DNA of 64,000 nucleotides from Polyangia bacterium (GCA_044222245.1 JBGANQ010000012.1:11844-75843), one strand, 5' to 3'; positions 26,241 through 37,802 are shown, counted from the first letter of the stretch. Notes: generated from the letters alone by a model not told the origin. Translations and numbers: made by a program.

Positions 26241-28154
26241 TCAGCGGGTGCAGCTGCCCTTTTCGAAGTGCTGGAAATCCTTGAGGTTGCGAAACTCGCC
26301 GCCCCACTTCCAGCCGAGCTCCTTGAACTTGCGCGTCACCGGATGCTCCGCCGTCAGGGTCCCCGGTACGCTGCGGTCATAGACCGCTCCCGGCGGCAGG
26401 ACGACGCGCGCCGCCCCCTTCCCCCTGGCATAGGGATTCAGGCCGGGGTTTAAGTCGATGGCCAGGCCGCAGGCGTGCGCCGACAGCTTGCGGCTGCCGG
26501 TCTGGGCGCGGAAGTTGAACCCCGAGGTGTTGTTGGCCGCCATCGACTTGAGGTCGTCGGGGCGGCCATCGCGGACGAAGGCCTGGTGGGCGATCGGAAT
26601 CACCGACTCGACGGGGAAGCGGGTCTGGCGGATCACCGCAAACACGGCGCGGGCATCATCGGCCAGCGAGCTGTCGACCACCAGCTGTCCCTTGTGCAGT
26701 CGGCCGTCGCGGGCAAAGTAAGAGACCTCGACCAGCCGCTGCCGCCCGACGATGGCCGGCGGGCACTCTTTGGCCAGGTTGGCGCGCACCGCCTGCTCGA
26801 CCGTCATCTCGCTGTCCACGACCTCGACAGCGGTCGGCTCTGCCGGGGGCGGACCGCCGGGCGCCGGCTTGCCAGCAGCAGCGGCGCTCGCCAGAGCCGC
26901 GGCCAGAAAGCGGCGATCGGCGGCGCGCGCCTCGGCGCTGCGGTTCTGCGGCCGCAGCACCATCACCCCTTGGATGTGGGCGCCGACGAGATAGTCGTAG
27001 ACCGGCCGCAGCCGGTCGGGGCTGTAGCCATAGTAGGACTTGCCATCAATGCGGATGTGGCGCCCGCGCGGATCAGCGACCCAGCTGGTGGCGGCGGCGA
27101 CCCCCAGCTGCTCGCGCCGCGGGTCGGAAAGATAGTAGATCCCCGCCGCGATCGACGGCTCGCCCGGCTTGGCCTGCGGGCGAAAGACGTAGTCCCGCGT
27201 CGCGTGCACCATGTAGATCTCACCACCCCGGTTGATGGCGATGGCGGCGTGCCCGAACATCAGCTCGTCGCTCGGCACCGGGCCCGGCACCACGCGCGAG
27301 AACAGGAGGATGTCGCCAGTCTTGATCCGGCTGCGATCCATCTGGGTGAACGTGGCCCGGCTGAGCAGCTGCAGGGTCAGCACCGGACCGCGCTGCAGCT
27401 TGGGCACGATGACGTGGCGGCCGGGGTCCTCCTCGGGGTTGCGCCGGTGCGGGGTGAGCCGGCTGCGGAACTGGGTGCGCGGCGCGGCGCCGGCCACCTC
27501 GGCGGTCACGTCGGCGACATAGCCCTGCTTGAGCGCATTTTCGAGGAAGATGTCCTCGGTGAAATCGAGGATGTTGCCGCCCACCGGCTCGCTGGAAAGG
27601 CCGCGGGTCTCGCTCTGCGCGTAGCGGATCTTGCGCAGCGAGTGCACAAACTCCTCGAAGCTGCCGGCGCTGGTGAGGGCCAGCATGTAGATCGCAAGCC
27701 CCGTGCAGCCAAAGGTCTGCAGCCGCACCCGCAGCGTGCCGGGGGGAGGAATCGGCAGCTGCGACTCATAGGCAAACGGCGTCCGCTTGAAGCGCTCGAG
27801 CAGAAAAGCGAGTCGCTCGTTGGCATCGGGAAACTCCGCCTGGGCGCGCGCCAGCAGGGCGGTCAGCTGCTCGATGTTGAGCGCGCCGAGCTCTAGCTGC
27901 AGCTTGATGTCGCCAAAGGCCACCACGCCCTGGGTCGCGCGCGGATCGAGCCGCGATGCCGGCGCGCTCGGAGCCGGCGCCTCCGCGGGCGGGCGCAGTC
28001 CCGGTTCCGCGAGCTTGGCCGGGGCCGCAGCCACGGCGCCCAGCGTCAAGGGCAGCGCCGGCGCGGTCGCCATCGCCTCATCGGCGCGCGAGTCGGCGCA
28101 GCCTGCCAAGAGCAGCACCAGCAGCACCGCGCGCAGCGCCGCCGGCGCGGTCAC
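26241..28154 (-). CDS. Lipoprotein with DUF1460-like (amidase-like) N-domain and C-terminal LAS/M15 metallopeptidase domain (cell-wall hydrolase)
   Basis: The lipobox is LLVLLLAGC. FGCTGLAIYMLAL...IRY is DUF1460-like. The C-terminal SAHACGLAIDLNP ... DFQHFEKG matches the M15 SxHxxGxAxD and HFE motifs. The GTG start overlaps the upstream stop (GTGA, 28151-28154). Confidence 0.8.
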   Translation of the reverse strand: MTAPAALRAVLLVLLLAGCADSRADEAMATAPALPLTLGAVAAAPAKLAEPGLRPPAEAPAPSAPASRLDPRATQGVVAFGDIKLQLELGALNIEQLTALLARAQAEFPDANERLAFLLERFKRTPFAYESQLPIPPPGTLRVRLQTFGCTGLAIYMLALTSAGSFEEFVHSLRKIRYAQSETRGLSSEPVGGNILDFTEDIFLENALKQGYVADVTAEVAGAAPRTQFRSRLTPHRRNPEEDPGRHVIVPKLQRGPVLTLQLLSRATFTQMDRSRIKTGDILLFSRVVPGPVPSDELMFGHAAIAINRGGEIYMVHATRDYVFRPQAKPGEPSIAAGIYYLSDPRREQLGVAAATSWVADPRGRHIRIDGKSYYGYSPDRLRPVYDYLVGAHIQGVMVLRPQNRSAEARAADRRFLAAALASAAAAGKPAPGGPPPAEPTAVEVVDSEMTVEQAVRANLAKECPPAIVGRQRLVEVSYFARDGRLHKGQLVVDSSLADDARAVFAVIRQTRFPVESVIPIAHQAFVRDGRPDDLKSMAANNTSGFNFRAQTGSRKLSAHACGLAIDLNPGLNPYARGKGAARVVLPPGAVYDRSVPGTLTAEHPVTRKFKELGWKWGGEFRNLKDFQHFEKGSCTR

Positions 28155-29224
28155 GGCGCGCCCTCGCCGTCGTCAAGGTCCTGGGCCACTGCGTCATGGA
28201 ACGCCCGCCGCAGCGCGTGCATGTGGGCCCCGCGCCGGCGGCTTGGGTGGACGCGATTGGTCAGCAGCACCGCGAAGCGCTGCGCGCCCGGCTCGATCCA
28301 CAGGCTGGTGCCGGTAAAGCCGGTGTGACCAAAGCCGGCCGCCGTCGCCCGGGCACCAGCGAACGAGTCCTGGCCCTTGAGCAGCCAGCCGAGCCCGCGC
28401 CGCACCGCGCCGCTGTCGACGTGCTGCTCGGTCGTCGCGCGCAGCACCTCTTCCCGGCCGAGCCGCCGGTCCCAGCTCAGCCAGGCCTGGGCGTAGGTAG
28501 CAAGATCCCCGGCGGTCCCAAACAGCCCGGCGTGCCCGGCGACGCCGTCGAGGCGAAAGGCGTTCTCATCGTGCACCACGCCCTCCAGCAGCTGGTTGCG
28601 CCAGCCGCAGTCCTCGGTCGCCGCCACCGGCGGCGCGGCCCCGGGCTCGGCTGCGGGCAGTGGCCGATAGCCGGTCGCCTGCATCCCGAGCGGGCCGAAG
28701 ACATTCTGGGCGGCGAATGCGTCCAGGCGCTGCCGGGCGACTCGCTCGACAATCGCCCCAAGCACGATGAAGCCCAGGTCGCTGTAGACCACGGCGCCGC
28801 GCTGCCCGAGCGGGGTCTGCAGGGCGTTGGCCAGCGCGGTGAGCCGATCGCTGGTCCAGGCAAACAGCGGCCGCCAGCTCGGCAGGCCCGAGGTGTGGGT
28901 GAGGAGCTCACGAATCGGCACCTCGGCCAGGCTCGGACTCTGGAACCAGCCGGCATTCTCTATGTAGCGCCCGACCGGATCATCCAGCTGAAGCTCGCCA
29001 TCGCTTAAAAGCCGCAGCACGCAGGGCAGAGTGGCCACGACTTTGGTGAGCGAGGCCAGATCGTAGCGGGTGTCGGCGGTGGCGGCGGGTCCGTCGTACT
29101 TGCGCACCCCCACCACCAGGGGCTCGCAGCGGCGGCCGGAAGCTCCGGCGACGGCGACGGCGCCGGGGATCTCGCCGCTGCACACCGCCTCGTCGAGCAC
29201 GATCCTGGTGGCTGCCATCTTCAT
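28151..29224 (-). CDS. Serine hydrolase, class-C beta-lactamase/PBP4-like family
   Basis: SxxK motif in YDLASLTKVVATLP; LLTHTSGLP; the later HTGFTGTS corresponds to the KTG-like box. Confidence 0.9.
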   Translation of the reverse strand: MKMAATRIVLDEAVCSGEIPGAVAVAGASGRRCEPLVVGVRKYDGPAATADTRYDLASLTKVVATLPCVLRLLSDGELQLDDPVGRYIENAGWFQSPSLAEVPIRELLTHTSGLPSWRPLFAWTSDRLTALANALQTPLGQRGAVVYSDLGFIVLGAIVERVARQRLDAFAAQNVFGPLGMQATGYRPLPAAEPGAAPPVAATEDCGWRNQLLEGVVHDENAFRLDGVAGHAGLFGTAGDLATYAQAWLSWDRRLGREEVLRATTEQHVDSGAVRRGLGWLLKGQDSFAGARATAAGFGHTGFTGTSLWIEPGAQRFAVLLTNRVHPSRRRGAHMHALRRAFHDAVAQDLDDGEGAP

Positions 29225-29322
29225 GCGGTCTCTGCTCGCCCCTGGCTCCCCTTTTCAGGGTATCGCCTTGGGCGCAAAAGTGTCAATGTTCAGCCTAGAT
29301 CAGATTCCGGCTCGGCTCTGGC

Positions 29323-29727
29323 TCAGAATAGGAGTCCCTTTAGCATGAGCAGGAACAGGATCACCTGCACGCCCCAGCACAGGGCGCGGACCAGCACCAG
29401 CGGCTGGGTCGTTCCGATGAGGTGGGCGGTGCTCTGACCCAGGCGGGCATAAAGGACGAGCGGCGCCAGCGGCGCCACCACGGCGTCTTTGCCGAGCGCT
29501 GCGGCGGCCAGGACCAGCACGGCGAAGATCGGCAGGTTCTCCAGGCAGTTTGCATGGGCATCCGAGACCCGCTTGGCAAACGCCACATCGCCGGTGTCGG
29601 TCTTGCCGCGCGGCCAGTTGTTTATCGGCGCACCTTGGAGTATCCGGACCCCGCGATACCCGAGCACCAGGATCACCATCAGCAGAGTCCAAGCCGTAAA
29701 CCCAAGCAGCGCCGTCATCGAGGTCAT
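29323..29727 (-). CDS. MAPEG-family membrane protein
   Basis: 134 aa with four hydrophobic segments. RVSDAHANCLENLPIF matches the MAPEG R..AH.N..E..P motif. Confidence 0.85.
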   Translation of the reverse strand: MTSMTALLGFTAWTLLMVILVLGYRGVRILQGAPINNWPRGKTDTGDVAFAKRVSDAHANCLENLPIFAVLVLAAAALGKDAVVAPLAPLVLYARLGQSTAHLIGTTQPLVLVRALCWGVQVILFLLMLKGLLF

Positions 29728-29928
29728 CGCATCCTCCTTGCTTGATAGACCAAGGGTGGCCAGCTTTGGCCACAGGTTGGAAGGTCGCGCCTAGCCTACC
29801 TTAACAGCGGCCCCAGTGGCCCAGGCTTCTATGCAGTTTGTTGTTGAGCGCATGCGCGGCGCCGCTTGGTGGCCGCGGCGCGCCCCTTTGCGCAGCGGCT
29901 GCGGGCTGGCGGCGAGCCGGGTAGTCGG

Positions 29929-30837
29929 CTAGTAGTACTGCGGCACGTAGAACTGCTCGGAGCGCGGCGGTCGCACGTAGCTGCCCGCCGGCTTGCGCGG
30001 CGTCAGCTCGACCGCCTCCGGGGGCAGGTCTTCATAGGGGACCTTGACCAGGATGTGCCGCATGCAGTTTAGCCGGGCGCGCTCCTTATCATCGGCCTCC
30101 ACCGTGAACCAGGGCGCCTCCGGGATGTTGGTGTGAAGGAGCATCTTGTCCTTGGCCTTGGAGTACTCGACCCACTTGTCGCGGGACTGCAGGTCCATCG
30201 GACTTAGCTTCCAGCGCTTCATCGGGTCCTGCAGCCGGGCGCGGAAGCGCTTCTCCTGCTCTTCATCGCTCACCGAGAACCAGTACTTGAGCAGCACAAT
30301 TCCCGAGCGGACGAGCATGCCCTCAAACTCCGGACAAGCGCGCATGAACTCGGTGTACTCCGCCTCCGTACAGAAGCCCATCACATGCTCGACCCCGGCG
30401 CGGTTATACCAGCTGCGGTCGAAGATCACGATCTCTCCGGCCGATGGCAGGTGCTCGACGTAGCGCTGGAAATACCACTGGGTCTTTTCGCGATCCGAAG
30501 GAGTTCCCAGCGCCACCACGCGGCAGCCGCGCGGGTTGAGTCCCTCGGTGATCCGCTTGATCATCCCGCCCTTGCCGGCGGCGTCGCGGCCTTCGAAGAT
30601 GAGGACGACCTTGAGTCCCTTGTGCTTGACCCAGTACTGGAGCTTGACGAGCTCGGTCTGGAGGCGCTGCAGCTCCTTTTCATACTCGCGCTTGGGCATG
30701 GGCGGGCGCTGCTGGGCCGTGAGCTGTTCCCGCGCGCGTTTCTTTTCGCGCTTGAGCTCCTTCTTGCTGGGCTTCTTCTGCGCGTCGGCTGTATTCCCAC
30801 TCGGCGAAGGTGCCTCGCTCCGGTTTCCGTCTGCCAT
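29929..30837 (-). CDS. ppk2: Polyphosphate kinase 2 (PPK2, single-domain)
   Basis: I trimmed to ATG 30837 behind GGAGGAG. VVLIFEGRDAAGKGG (Walker A), FDRSWYNRAGVE and WKLSPMDL are PPK2 hallmarks. Confidence 0.92.
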   Translation of the reverse strand: MADGNRSEAPSPSGNTADAQKKPSKKELKREKKRAREQLTAQQRPPMPKREYEKELQRLQTELVKLQYWVKHKGLKVVLIFEGRDAAGKGGMIKRITEGLNPRGCRVVALGTPSDREKTQWYFQRYVEHLPSAGEIVIFDRSWYNRAGVEHVMGFCTEAEYTEFMRACPEFEGMLVRSGIVLLKYWFSVSDEEQEKRFRARLQDPMKRWKLSPMDLQSRDKWVEYSKAKDKMLLHTNIPEAPWFTVEADDKERARLNCMRHILVKVPYEDLPPEAVELTPRKPAGSYVRPPRSEQFYVPQYY

Positions 30838-31007
30838 CAGCTCCTCCAGTACCTGTTGGGCAGCCGGGTAGCTAAGGCTGCCGATGAGATATTTTATCCC
30901 AAGCAGGAGGGGGACCCATAGAAGAATCATCCAGCCGCCGAGCCCGCGGCAGCGGCCCAGCGGTCGCCGCCAAGCGCCGCCAGCGCCGCAAGCGCCGCGC
31001 CGGAGCG

Positions 31008-32648
31008 TCAGCCGGGAATTGGGTTGATGGTCTGCAGATTGAGGCCGCCGGGGTAGCAGTAGGAGATCGCGTAGCCATAGCCATAGCCGAGGAGACCAAA
31101 GGGCTTGTCGGCGCTGATGCGGTGATTGCCCGGCATGACGCGGAGGATGGCGCGACCGAGCACGCCGCTGCCCAGGGGGCGCAGCGGCTCGCTGACCGCC
31201 GTGCCATCCAGGGTCAGCGCGGCGTCTAGCGGCGCCGTCACGTTCACGTAGTTATAGGCGTAGGTCTGCGGCACATAGAAGATGTAGTCGCTGCGATACT
31301 GCTCGACCGGAGCCAGCGGCGACATGTTGGCGTCGCCCAGGCACTGAACGTTGTTGCCGGTGTACGGACAGCCGGCGGGCGCCCCTTGGGGAAAGTCACT
31401 GGTCTTGAAGGTGCCGCTGAGGTTGCCCCAGGCCGGCAGGTACTGCAGCGCCAGGATCGGCTGGTCGGCGGTGATCTCGAAGTCGCCATCGGTGTCAAAC
31501 TCGAAGAACTGGCCGCGCCGCAGCGTCTGCACCGCCGGCAGCCCAGCGCCGCCGGTGAAGGTCACCTGGGTGGAGTCCACGCTGGCCAGGACCCGGTAGT
31601 AGTCGCGGTCAGTCGAGTTGCGCTGCTTGAACTTGCTGGCCGCGTAGTGCTTGCCCCAGGTCTGCAGCGGGAACATCTGCACTCCCAGGTGGTCGCCGCC
31701 GAGCGCGCTCGACGGCACGGTCACAAGGCCGGCGCCGCCAAAGACCACGACGTTGGCGCTCGCCTTGACCACGGCGCCCGAGATGTCCTCCAGAGAGTTG
31801 GCCTGCGTGACCTCCAGCACCTCCATCCGGTTGAGCGTCCGCTGCAGCGTCCCGCCGGCGGCCAGCGCCGGGATGCCGGCCCCCGCCTGGGTCGCCACCG
31901 GCACCGTGAGCTGCACCTGGGTGTTGTCAGCGAGTGCGAGCACCGCGACAAACCCCTGCCCCTGCGGCACCGAGGTCATGATCTTGGCGTTATACGTATA
32001 GCCCATGACGAAGTAGTCCTTGGCCATCACCTGCTCGGGCAATAGCAGCGTCGCCGAGCCGGTGACCACCTGGGCGGCGTCGATGGGGTGGAACAGATAG
32101 GCGGCCACCGGCGCCGACGACTTCAGGTGGAAGCCCTTGCGCGCCTGCTCGGTGCGGGTGAGCTTGTTGCGGCCGTGATCGAGGCGGAACACCACCAGAC
32201 CGCCCGGCGGCGCGGTCTGGGTGCCGATGACGCCGCTCACATCCTCCAGCGTCACCACCGCCTCCATGGTGCTGGAGGTGTTGGAGGCGACGATGCCGAG
32301 CTCGCCGCTCGACGAGGTCGACCACAGGTTGACCGGGTAGAAGCTGCAGCCCGTGCTGCCGGCCGGCAGGTCGTCGCAGGGGCCGACACAGCGCCCGCCG
32401 CGACAGACCTGCCCATCGGTCCCCTGGCAGCGCTGCTGGTTGGTCCAGCGGCCGCCCTGGCAGGCCTGGACGGTGCTCTGATCCGCGCTGCAGCGCAGGC
32501 TGTCGGCAAAGCAGGCGGGCGCGCCAAGGTCGGGCAGCACGCTGCCGGGCGAGTCGATGTTTCCATCCCGCCCGGGGCTGCACGAGGACGGGGCAACAGC
32601 GCACAGGAAGCTGGCCAGGACAATCCATCGCGGTCGCGCGTTCAGCAT
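31008..32648 (-). CDS. Secreted Cys-rich protein with IgGFc-binding-protein-N-terminal-like beta domain
   Basis: I trimmed to ATG 32648 (MLNARPRWIVLASFLCAVAPSSC). The N-terminus is Cys-rich (CSADQSTVQACQGGRWTNQQRCQG..CRGGRCVGPC). The C-terminal ..FGLLGYGYGYAISYCYPGGLNL is typical of this domain. Confidence 0.8.
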   Translation of the reverse strand: MLNARPRWIVLASFLCAVAPSSCSPGRDGNIDSPGSVLPDLGAPACFADSLRCSADQSTVQACQGGRWTNQQRCQGTDGQVCRGGRCVGPCDDLPAGSTGCSFYPVNLWSTSSSGELGIVASNTSSTMEAVVTLEDVSGVIGTQTAPPGGLVVFRLDHGRNKLTRTEQARKGFHLKSSAPVAAYLFHPIDAAQVVTGSATLLLPEQVMAKDYFVMGYTYNAKIMTSVPQGQGFVAVLALADNTQVQLTVPVATQAGAGIPALAAGGTLQRTLNRMEVLEVTQANSLEDISGAVVKASANVVVFGGAGLVTVPSSALGGDHLGVQMFPLQTWGKHYAASKFKQRNSTDRDYYRVLASVDSTQVTFTGGAGLPAVQTLRRGQFFEFDTDGDFEITADQPILALQYLPAWGNLSGTFKTSDFPQGAPAGCPYTGNNVQCLGDANMSPLAPVEQYRSDYIFYVPQTYAYNYVNVTAPLDAALTLDGTAVSEPLRPLGSGVLGRAILRVMPGNHRISADKPFGLLGYGYGYAISYCYPGGLNLQTINPIPG

Positions 32649-33139
32649 GCGGCATCGTATGGCAAATTCGCCCCCGTTGAGCAAGCCCAAGCCCCGCTGC
32701 GGATCGAATGCGGCGGCGGCTCTCTCGGGGCGACCGCATGCGGCTTGAGGTCCTTGTGCATGACGCCGGCCGCGTGCACTCCCTCAAGGACGCGGCAGAG
32801 CGCGTGGGCCACTTGCAGCGCCGCGCCGAGGTCAAGCCGCCCGCGCTCGGCCAGCACCCGATCGAGCGAGCGGAGCCCGGGGTCCTCTAAGATGAGCGCC
32901 GCGCTGCCATCGGCCTGCACAAGACCCCGCGTCCGCACCACGCCGGGCAGCGGCGCCAGCTTCTCCAGGATCTGGTGCTCGTGAATGAGCCGCCCGACGA
33001 TGCGCAGGCTGGGCGCGGCGGCGACCGGCAGCTTGACGACCAGCGGCTCGGCGGCGCTCGGACAAGTGGCCCGCCGGATGCGGGTCTCGGGTCCCTCGTA
33101 GACCGTCTCCCCTAGCGTGTACCCTTCTAGCTGCCCCAT
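32642..33139 (-). pseudogene. 5' fragment of the interrupted Ser/Thr kinase gene (subdomains I-VIb), reading through into insert DNA
   Basis: MGQLEGYTLGETVYEGPETRIRRA...PLVVKL...LIHEHQILEKL...ALILEDPGLRSL...AHALCRVLEGVHAAGVMHKDLKP ends at codon 32741-32743. After that come 33 non-kinase residues and TGA. Confidence 0.85.
32737..32752. repeat. Right junction of the kinase interruption: CA + TGCGGCT (32739-32745) + TGAGGTC
   Basis: The heptamer is identical to 19262-19268. The full 16-mer is identical to 25780-25795. The junction sits in the centre of the 10-bp palindrome CCGCATGCGG (32734-32743). Confidence 0.8.
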
Positions 33140-33475
33140 ATCGCTGTCCGTTCCTTCAGGGAATTAGGAATTTAGACCATAACATGTGAGGGTCGGCAGC
33201 CAAACTGCGCTGCCAGGCGACCGCGCGCACCTACCTTGCCCCTACGTGTAGGAATCCGGCTGTCGCACACAGGCGCACAGGAGTCAGCAGGCCGCGATCC
33301 AGGCTGCCGTCGCCCAGGCAGGCGTCGTGACGCTGAAAAGCAGGCACGTACACACTCCCCTGCAAAATTACCTTGGTGGTATTCTAATGCTTCCAATTTG
33401 CGGCCGCGCCCTGGGTCCCCATCCCAGATCGCCGCCGCTTAGGCAAAGTTCCATCTGGACCTGGGAAGGAAACGC

Positions 33476-36028
33476 ATGGACCACAGCAAAGGCACCATCT
33501 CGCTCACCAACGCCAAGGCCGATGCCGGGCGCTTCAAACATGGCATGGACGCCGAGTCGCTCAAGAGCGGCATCCTCAATCACCTGGAGTTCACTCTGGG
33601 TGAGCTGCCCGAGCATGTGGACAGCAAGTGGGAGCCGTATGTCGGCCTGGCGCTGGCCGTCCGCGATCGCCTCATGGAGCGCTGGATCCACACCCACGAC
33701 GCCTATTACGACGCGGACGCCAAGCGCGTGTATTACATGTCGCTGGAATTTCTCATGGGCCGCACGCTCGGCAACAGCCTCATCAACCTCGACCTGATGG
33801 GCGCTGGCGAGAAGGCGATGGAAGACCTGGGCATGAAGCTTGAAGACATGCGCGACTCCGAGTGGGACGCCGGTCTTGGCAACGGCGGCCTCGGGCGCCT
33901 GGCTGCCTGCTTCCTCGACTCGCTGGCCACCCTCGAGCTGCCGGCCTACGGCTACGGCATCCGCTACGAGTACGGCATCTTCCACCAGCGCATCGTCAAC
34001 AACGCCCAGATCGAGACCCCCGATGCCTGGCTGCGCTACGGCAACCCGTGGGAGATTCCCCGCTTCAACGACTTCTTCCGCGTCCGCTTCTACGGCCACA
34101 CCCACCAGAAGGTAGACGAGCACGGCCGCCTGCACACCGAGTGGCTCGACACCCAGGACGTGCTCGCCGTGCCCTATGACACCCCGGTGCCCGGCTATCG
34201 CAACCGCACCGTCAACACCCTGCGCCTGTGGTCGGCGCGCGCCACCGAAGAGTTTGACCTCAGCTACTTCAACCGCGGCGACTACGAAGGCGCGGTCGAG
34301 GCCAAGTCGCTCTCCGAGAACATCACCCGCGTCCTTTATCCCAACGACAACATCTTTGAAGGCAAGGAGCTGCGCCTCAAGCAGGAGTACTTCTTTGTCA
34401 CGGCCACCCTGCAGGACATCGTCCGCCGCTACAAGAAGCGCTACCGGATGTATGACCAGCAGCACGGGCTGGGCGTCTTTGATCGCTTCGCCGAGAAGAA
34501 CGCCATCCAGCTCAACGACACCCACCCGGCGCTCGCCATCCCCGAGCTTATGCGCATCCTGCTTGATCTGGAAGGGATGACCTGGGAAGCGGCGTGGGAC
34601 ATCACCGTCAAGACCTGCGGCTACACCAACCACACCGTCATGCCCGAGGCGCTGGAGCGCTGGCCGGTGGCTCTGTTTGGCCGCGTCCTGCCGCGCCACC
34701 TGGAGATCGTCTTTGAGATCAACCGCCGCTTCCTCGACGAAGTGCGCGCCAAGTTCCCCGGCGACGACGCGCGCTGCCGGCGGATGTCGATCATCGAAGA
34801 GGGCAGCGAGAAGCGCGTGCGCATGGCCAACCTGGCGATCGTCGGCAGCCACGCGGTCAACGGCGTCGCCGCCCTCCACTCAGAGATCCTCAAGGCCGAG
34901 CTGTTCAAGGACTTCTACGAGCTGTGGCCCGAGAAGTTCAGCAACAAGACCAACGGCATCACCCAGCGCCGCTGGCTCAAGAAGTCCAATCCCCTGCTCT
35001 CGCAGGTCATCTCCGAGTCGATCGGCGACAGCTGGGTCACCGATCTGTTCGAGCTCAAGCGGCTCATCCCGCTGGCCGATGACGCCACCCTGCAGACCAA
35101 GTGGCAGATGGTCAAGCGCGCCAACAAGGAGCGCCTGGCCGGCATCATCGCCGATCAGTACAACCGCCGCGGCACCCCGCTGAAGGTCAATCCGGACTCG
35201 ATCTTCGACTGCCAGGTCAAGCGCATCCACGAGTACAAGCGGCAGCTGCTAAACGCCCTGCACTGCATCACCCTGTATAACCGCATCAAGGACAACCCCA
35301 ACGGCAGCTTCGTGCCGCGCACGGTCATCTTCGGCGGCAAGTCGGCCCCCGGCTACTACCTGGCCAAGCTCATCATCCGCCTCATCAACGAGGTCGGCCG
35401 CGTGGTCAATCACGACCCGGCGGTGCGCGATCTGCTCAAGGTCGTGTTCCTGTCCGACTACCGCGTGTCGCTGGCCGAGAAGATCTTCCCCGCCTCGGAT
35501 CTGTCCGAGCAGATCTCGACCGCGGGCACCGAGGCCTCGGGCACCGGCAACATGAAGTTCGCCCTCAACGGCGCCCTCACCATCGGCACCATGGACGGCG
35601 CCAACGTCGAGATCCGCGAGGAAGTGGGCGACGACAACATCTTCATCTTCGGCCTGCTCACCGAGGAAGTGAACGCCCTCAAGGGTCGCTACAACTCGTG
35701 GGACTACTACCACAAGGACCCCGAGCTGCGGCAGGTCCTCGATCAGATCGGCGGCGGCACCTTCAGCCCCGCGGGTCAGCCGGACCTGTTCCAGCCGATC
35801 TTCCGCTCGCTGCTTCACGATGGCGACAACTACATGCTCCTGGCAGACTATCGGGCATACATTGATGCCCAGTGCCGCGTCTCGGAGACCTACCGCGATC
35901 AGAAGGCGTGGACCCGCAAGTCGATCCTCAACGTCGCCAACATGGGCAAGTTCTCGACGGACCGGACGATCAAGGAGTACGCCGAGCAGATCTGGGGTCT
36001 CAAGCCGGTGCGTCCCCCAGGGGGCTGA
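33476..36028 (+). CDS. glgP: Glycogen/maltodextrin phosphorylase
   Basis: 850 aa. [16 protein letters not shown], and the PLP-Lys region [28 protein letters not shown]. Full-length GT35 pattern. Confidence 0.97.
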   Translation: MDHSKGTISLTNAKADAGRFKHGMDAESLKSGILNHLEFTLGELPEHVDSKWEPYVGLALAVRDRLMERWIHTHDAYYDADAKRVYYMSLEFLMGRTLGNSLINLDLMGAGEKAMEDLGMKLEDMRDSEWDAGLGNGGLGRLAACFLDSLATLELPAYGYGIRYEYGIFHQRIVNNAQIETPDAWLRYGNPWEIPRFNDFFRVRFYGHTHQKVDEHGRLHTEWLDTQDVLAVPYDTPVPGYRNRTVNTLRLWSARATEEFDLSYFNRGDYEGAVEAKSLSENITRVLYPNDNIFEGKELRLKQEYFFVTATLQDIVRRYKKRYRMYDQQHGLGVFDRFAEKNAIQLNDTHPALAIPELMRILLDLEGMTWEAAWDITVKTCGYTNHTVMPEALERWPVALFGRVLPRHLEIVFEINRRFLDEVRAKFPGDDARCRRMSIIEEGSEKRVRMANLAIVGSHAVNGVAALHSEILKAELFKDFYELWPEKFSNKTNGITQRRWLKKSNPLLSQVISESIGDSWVTDLFELKRLIPLADDATLQTKWQMVKRANKERLAGIIADQYNRRGTPLKVNPDSIFDCQVKRIHEYKRQLLNALHCITLYNRIKDNPNGSFVPRTVIFGGKSAPGYYLAKLIIRLINEVGRVVNHDPAVRDLLKVVFLSDYRVSLAEKIFPASDLSEQISTAGTEASGTGNMKFALNGALTIGTMDGANVEIREEVGDDNIFIFGLLTEEVNALKGRYNSWDYYHKDPELRQVLDQIGGGTFSPAGQPDLFQPIFRSLLHDGDNYMLLADYRAYIDAQCRVSETYRDQKAWTRKSILNVANMGKFSTDRTIKEYAEQIWGLKPVRPPGG

Positions 36029-36035
36029 TCGCTGA

Positions 36036-37703
<1,668 letters not shown>

Positions 37704-37707
37704 GCGC

Positions 37708-37762
37708 CTGATAGCAGCTGAGAACCCGATAGCAGCCGAGAACCTGACAGCAGCTGACCCCC
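37708..37762. repeat. About 2.8 tandem copies of an 18-bp unit (GATAGCAGCTGAGAACCC / GATAGCAGCCGAGAACCT / GACAGCAGCTGACCCC) just after the pgm stop
   Basis: Read directly at 37710-37727, 37728-37745 and 37746-37762. Each unit carries a CAGC(T/C)G core. Confidence 0.7.
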
Positions 37763-37802
37763 GCGATCCGGCACTTGCCGGCCAGGTCGCGGGGGTTTTT
37801 TT
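37758..37802 (+). terminator. Rho-independent terminator of glgP-pgm
   Basis: The stem is CCCCCGCGA (37758-37766) paired with TCGCGGGGG (37787-37795), followed by T7 (37796-37802). The loop itself contains CCGGCA..TGCCGG. Confidence 0.8.

Larger units (their letters stand above)
19269..32738. other. 13,470-bp segment inserted into the kinase gene. It carries about 13 ordinary-looking genes, and I recognise no transposase or integrase.
   Basis: The segment is bounded by the TGCGGCT repeats. Removing it with one repeat copy restores ...HKDLKPQNILVDE... in frame. Both ends are non-coding (19269-19390 and 32649-32738). Confidence 0.75.

Noticed and set aside
19269-32738. Transposase, integrase, recombinase or phage genes inside the insert
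   Set aside because: Every ORF of credible coding quality matches a metabolic, envelope or hypothetical family by motif. I saw no DDE, tyrosine/serine recombinase or HUH motifs. A remote homologue among the two hypothetical proteins (24536-25644) cannot be excluded without profile searches.
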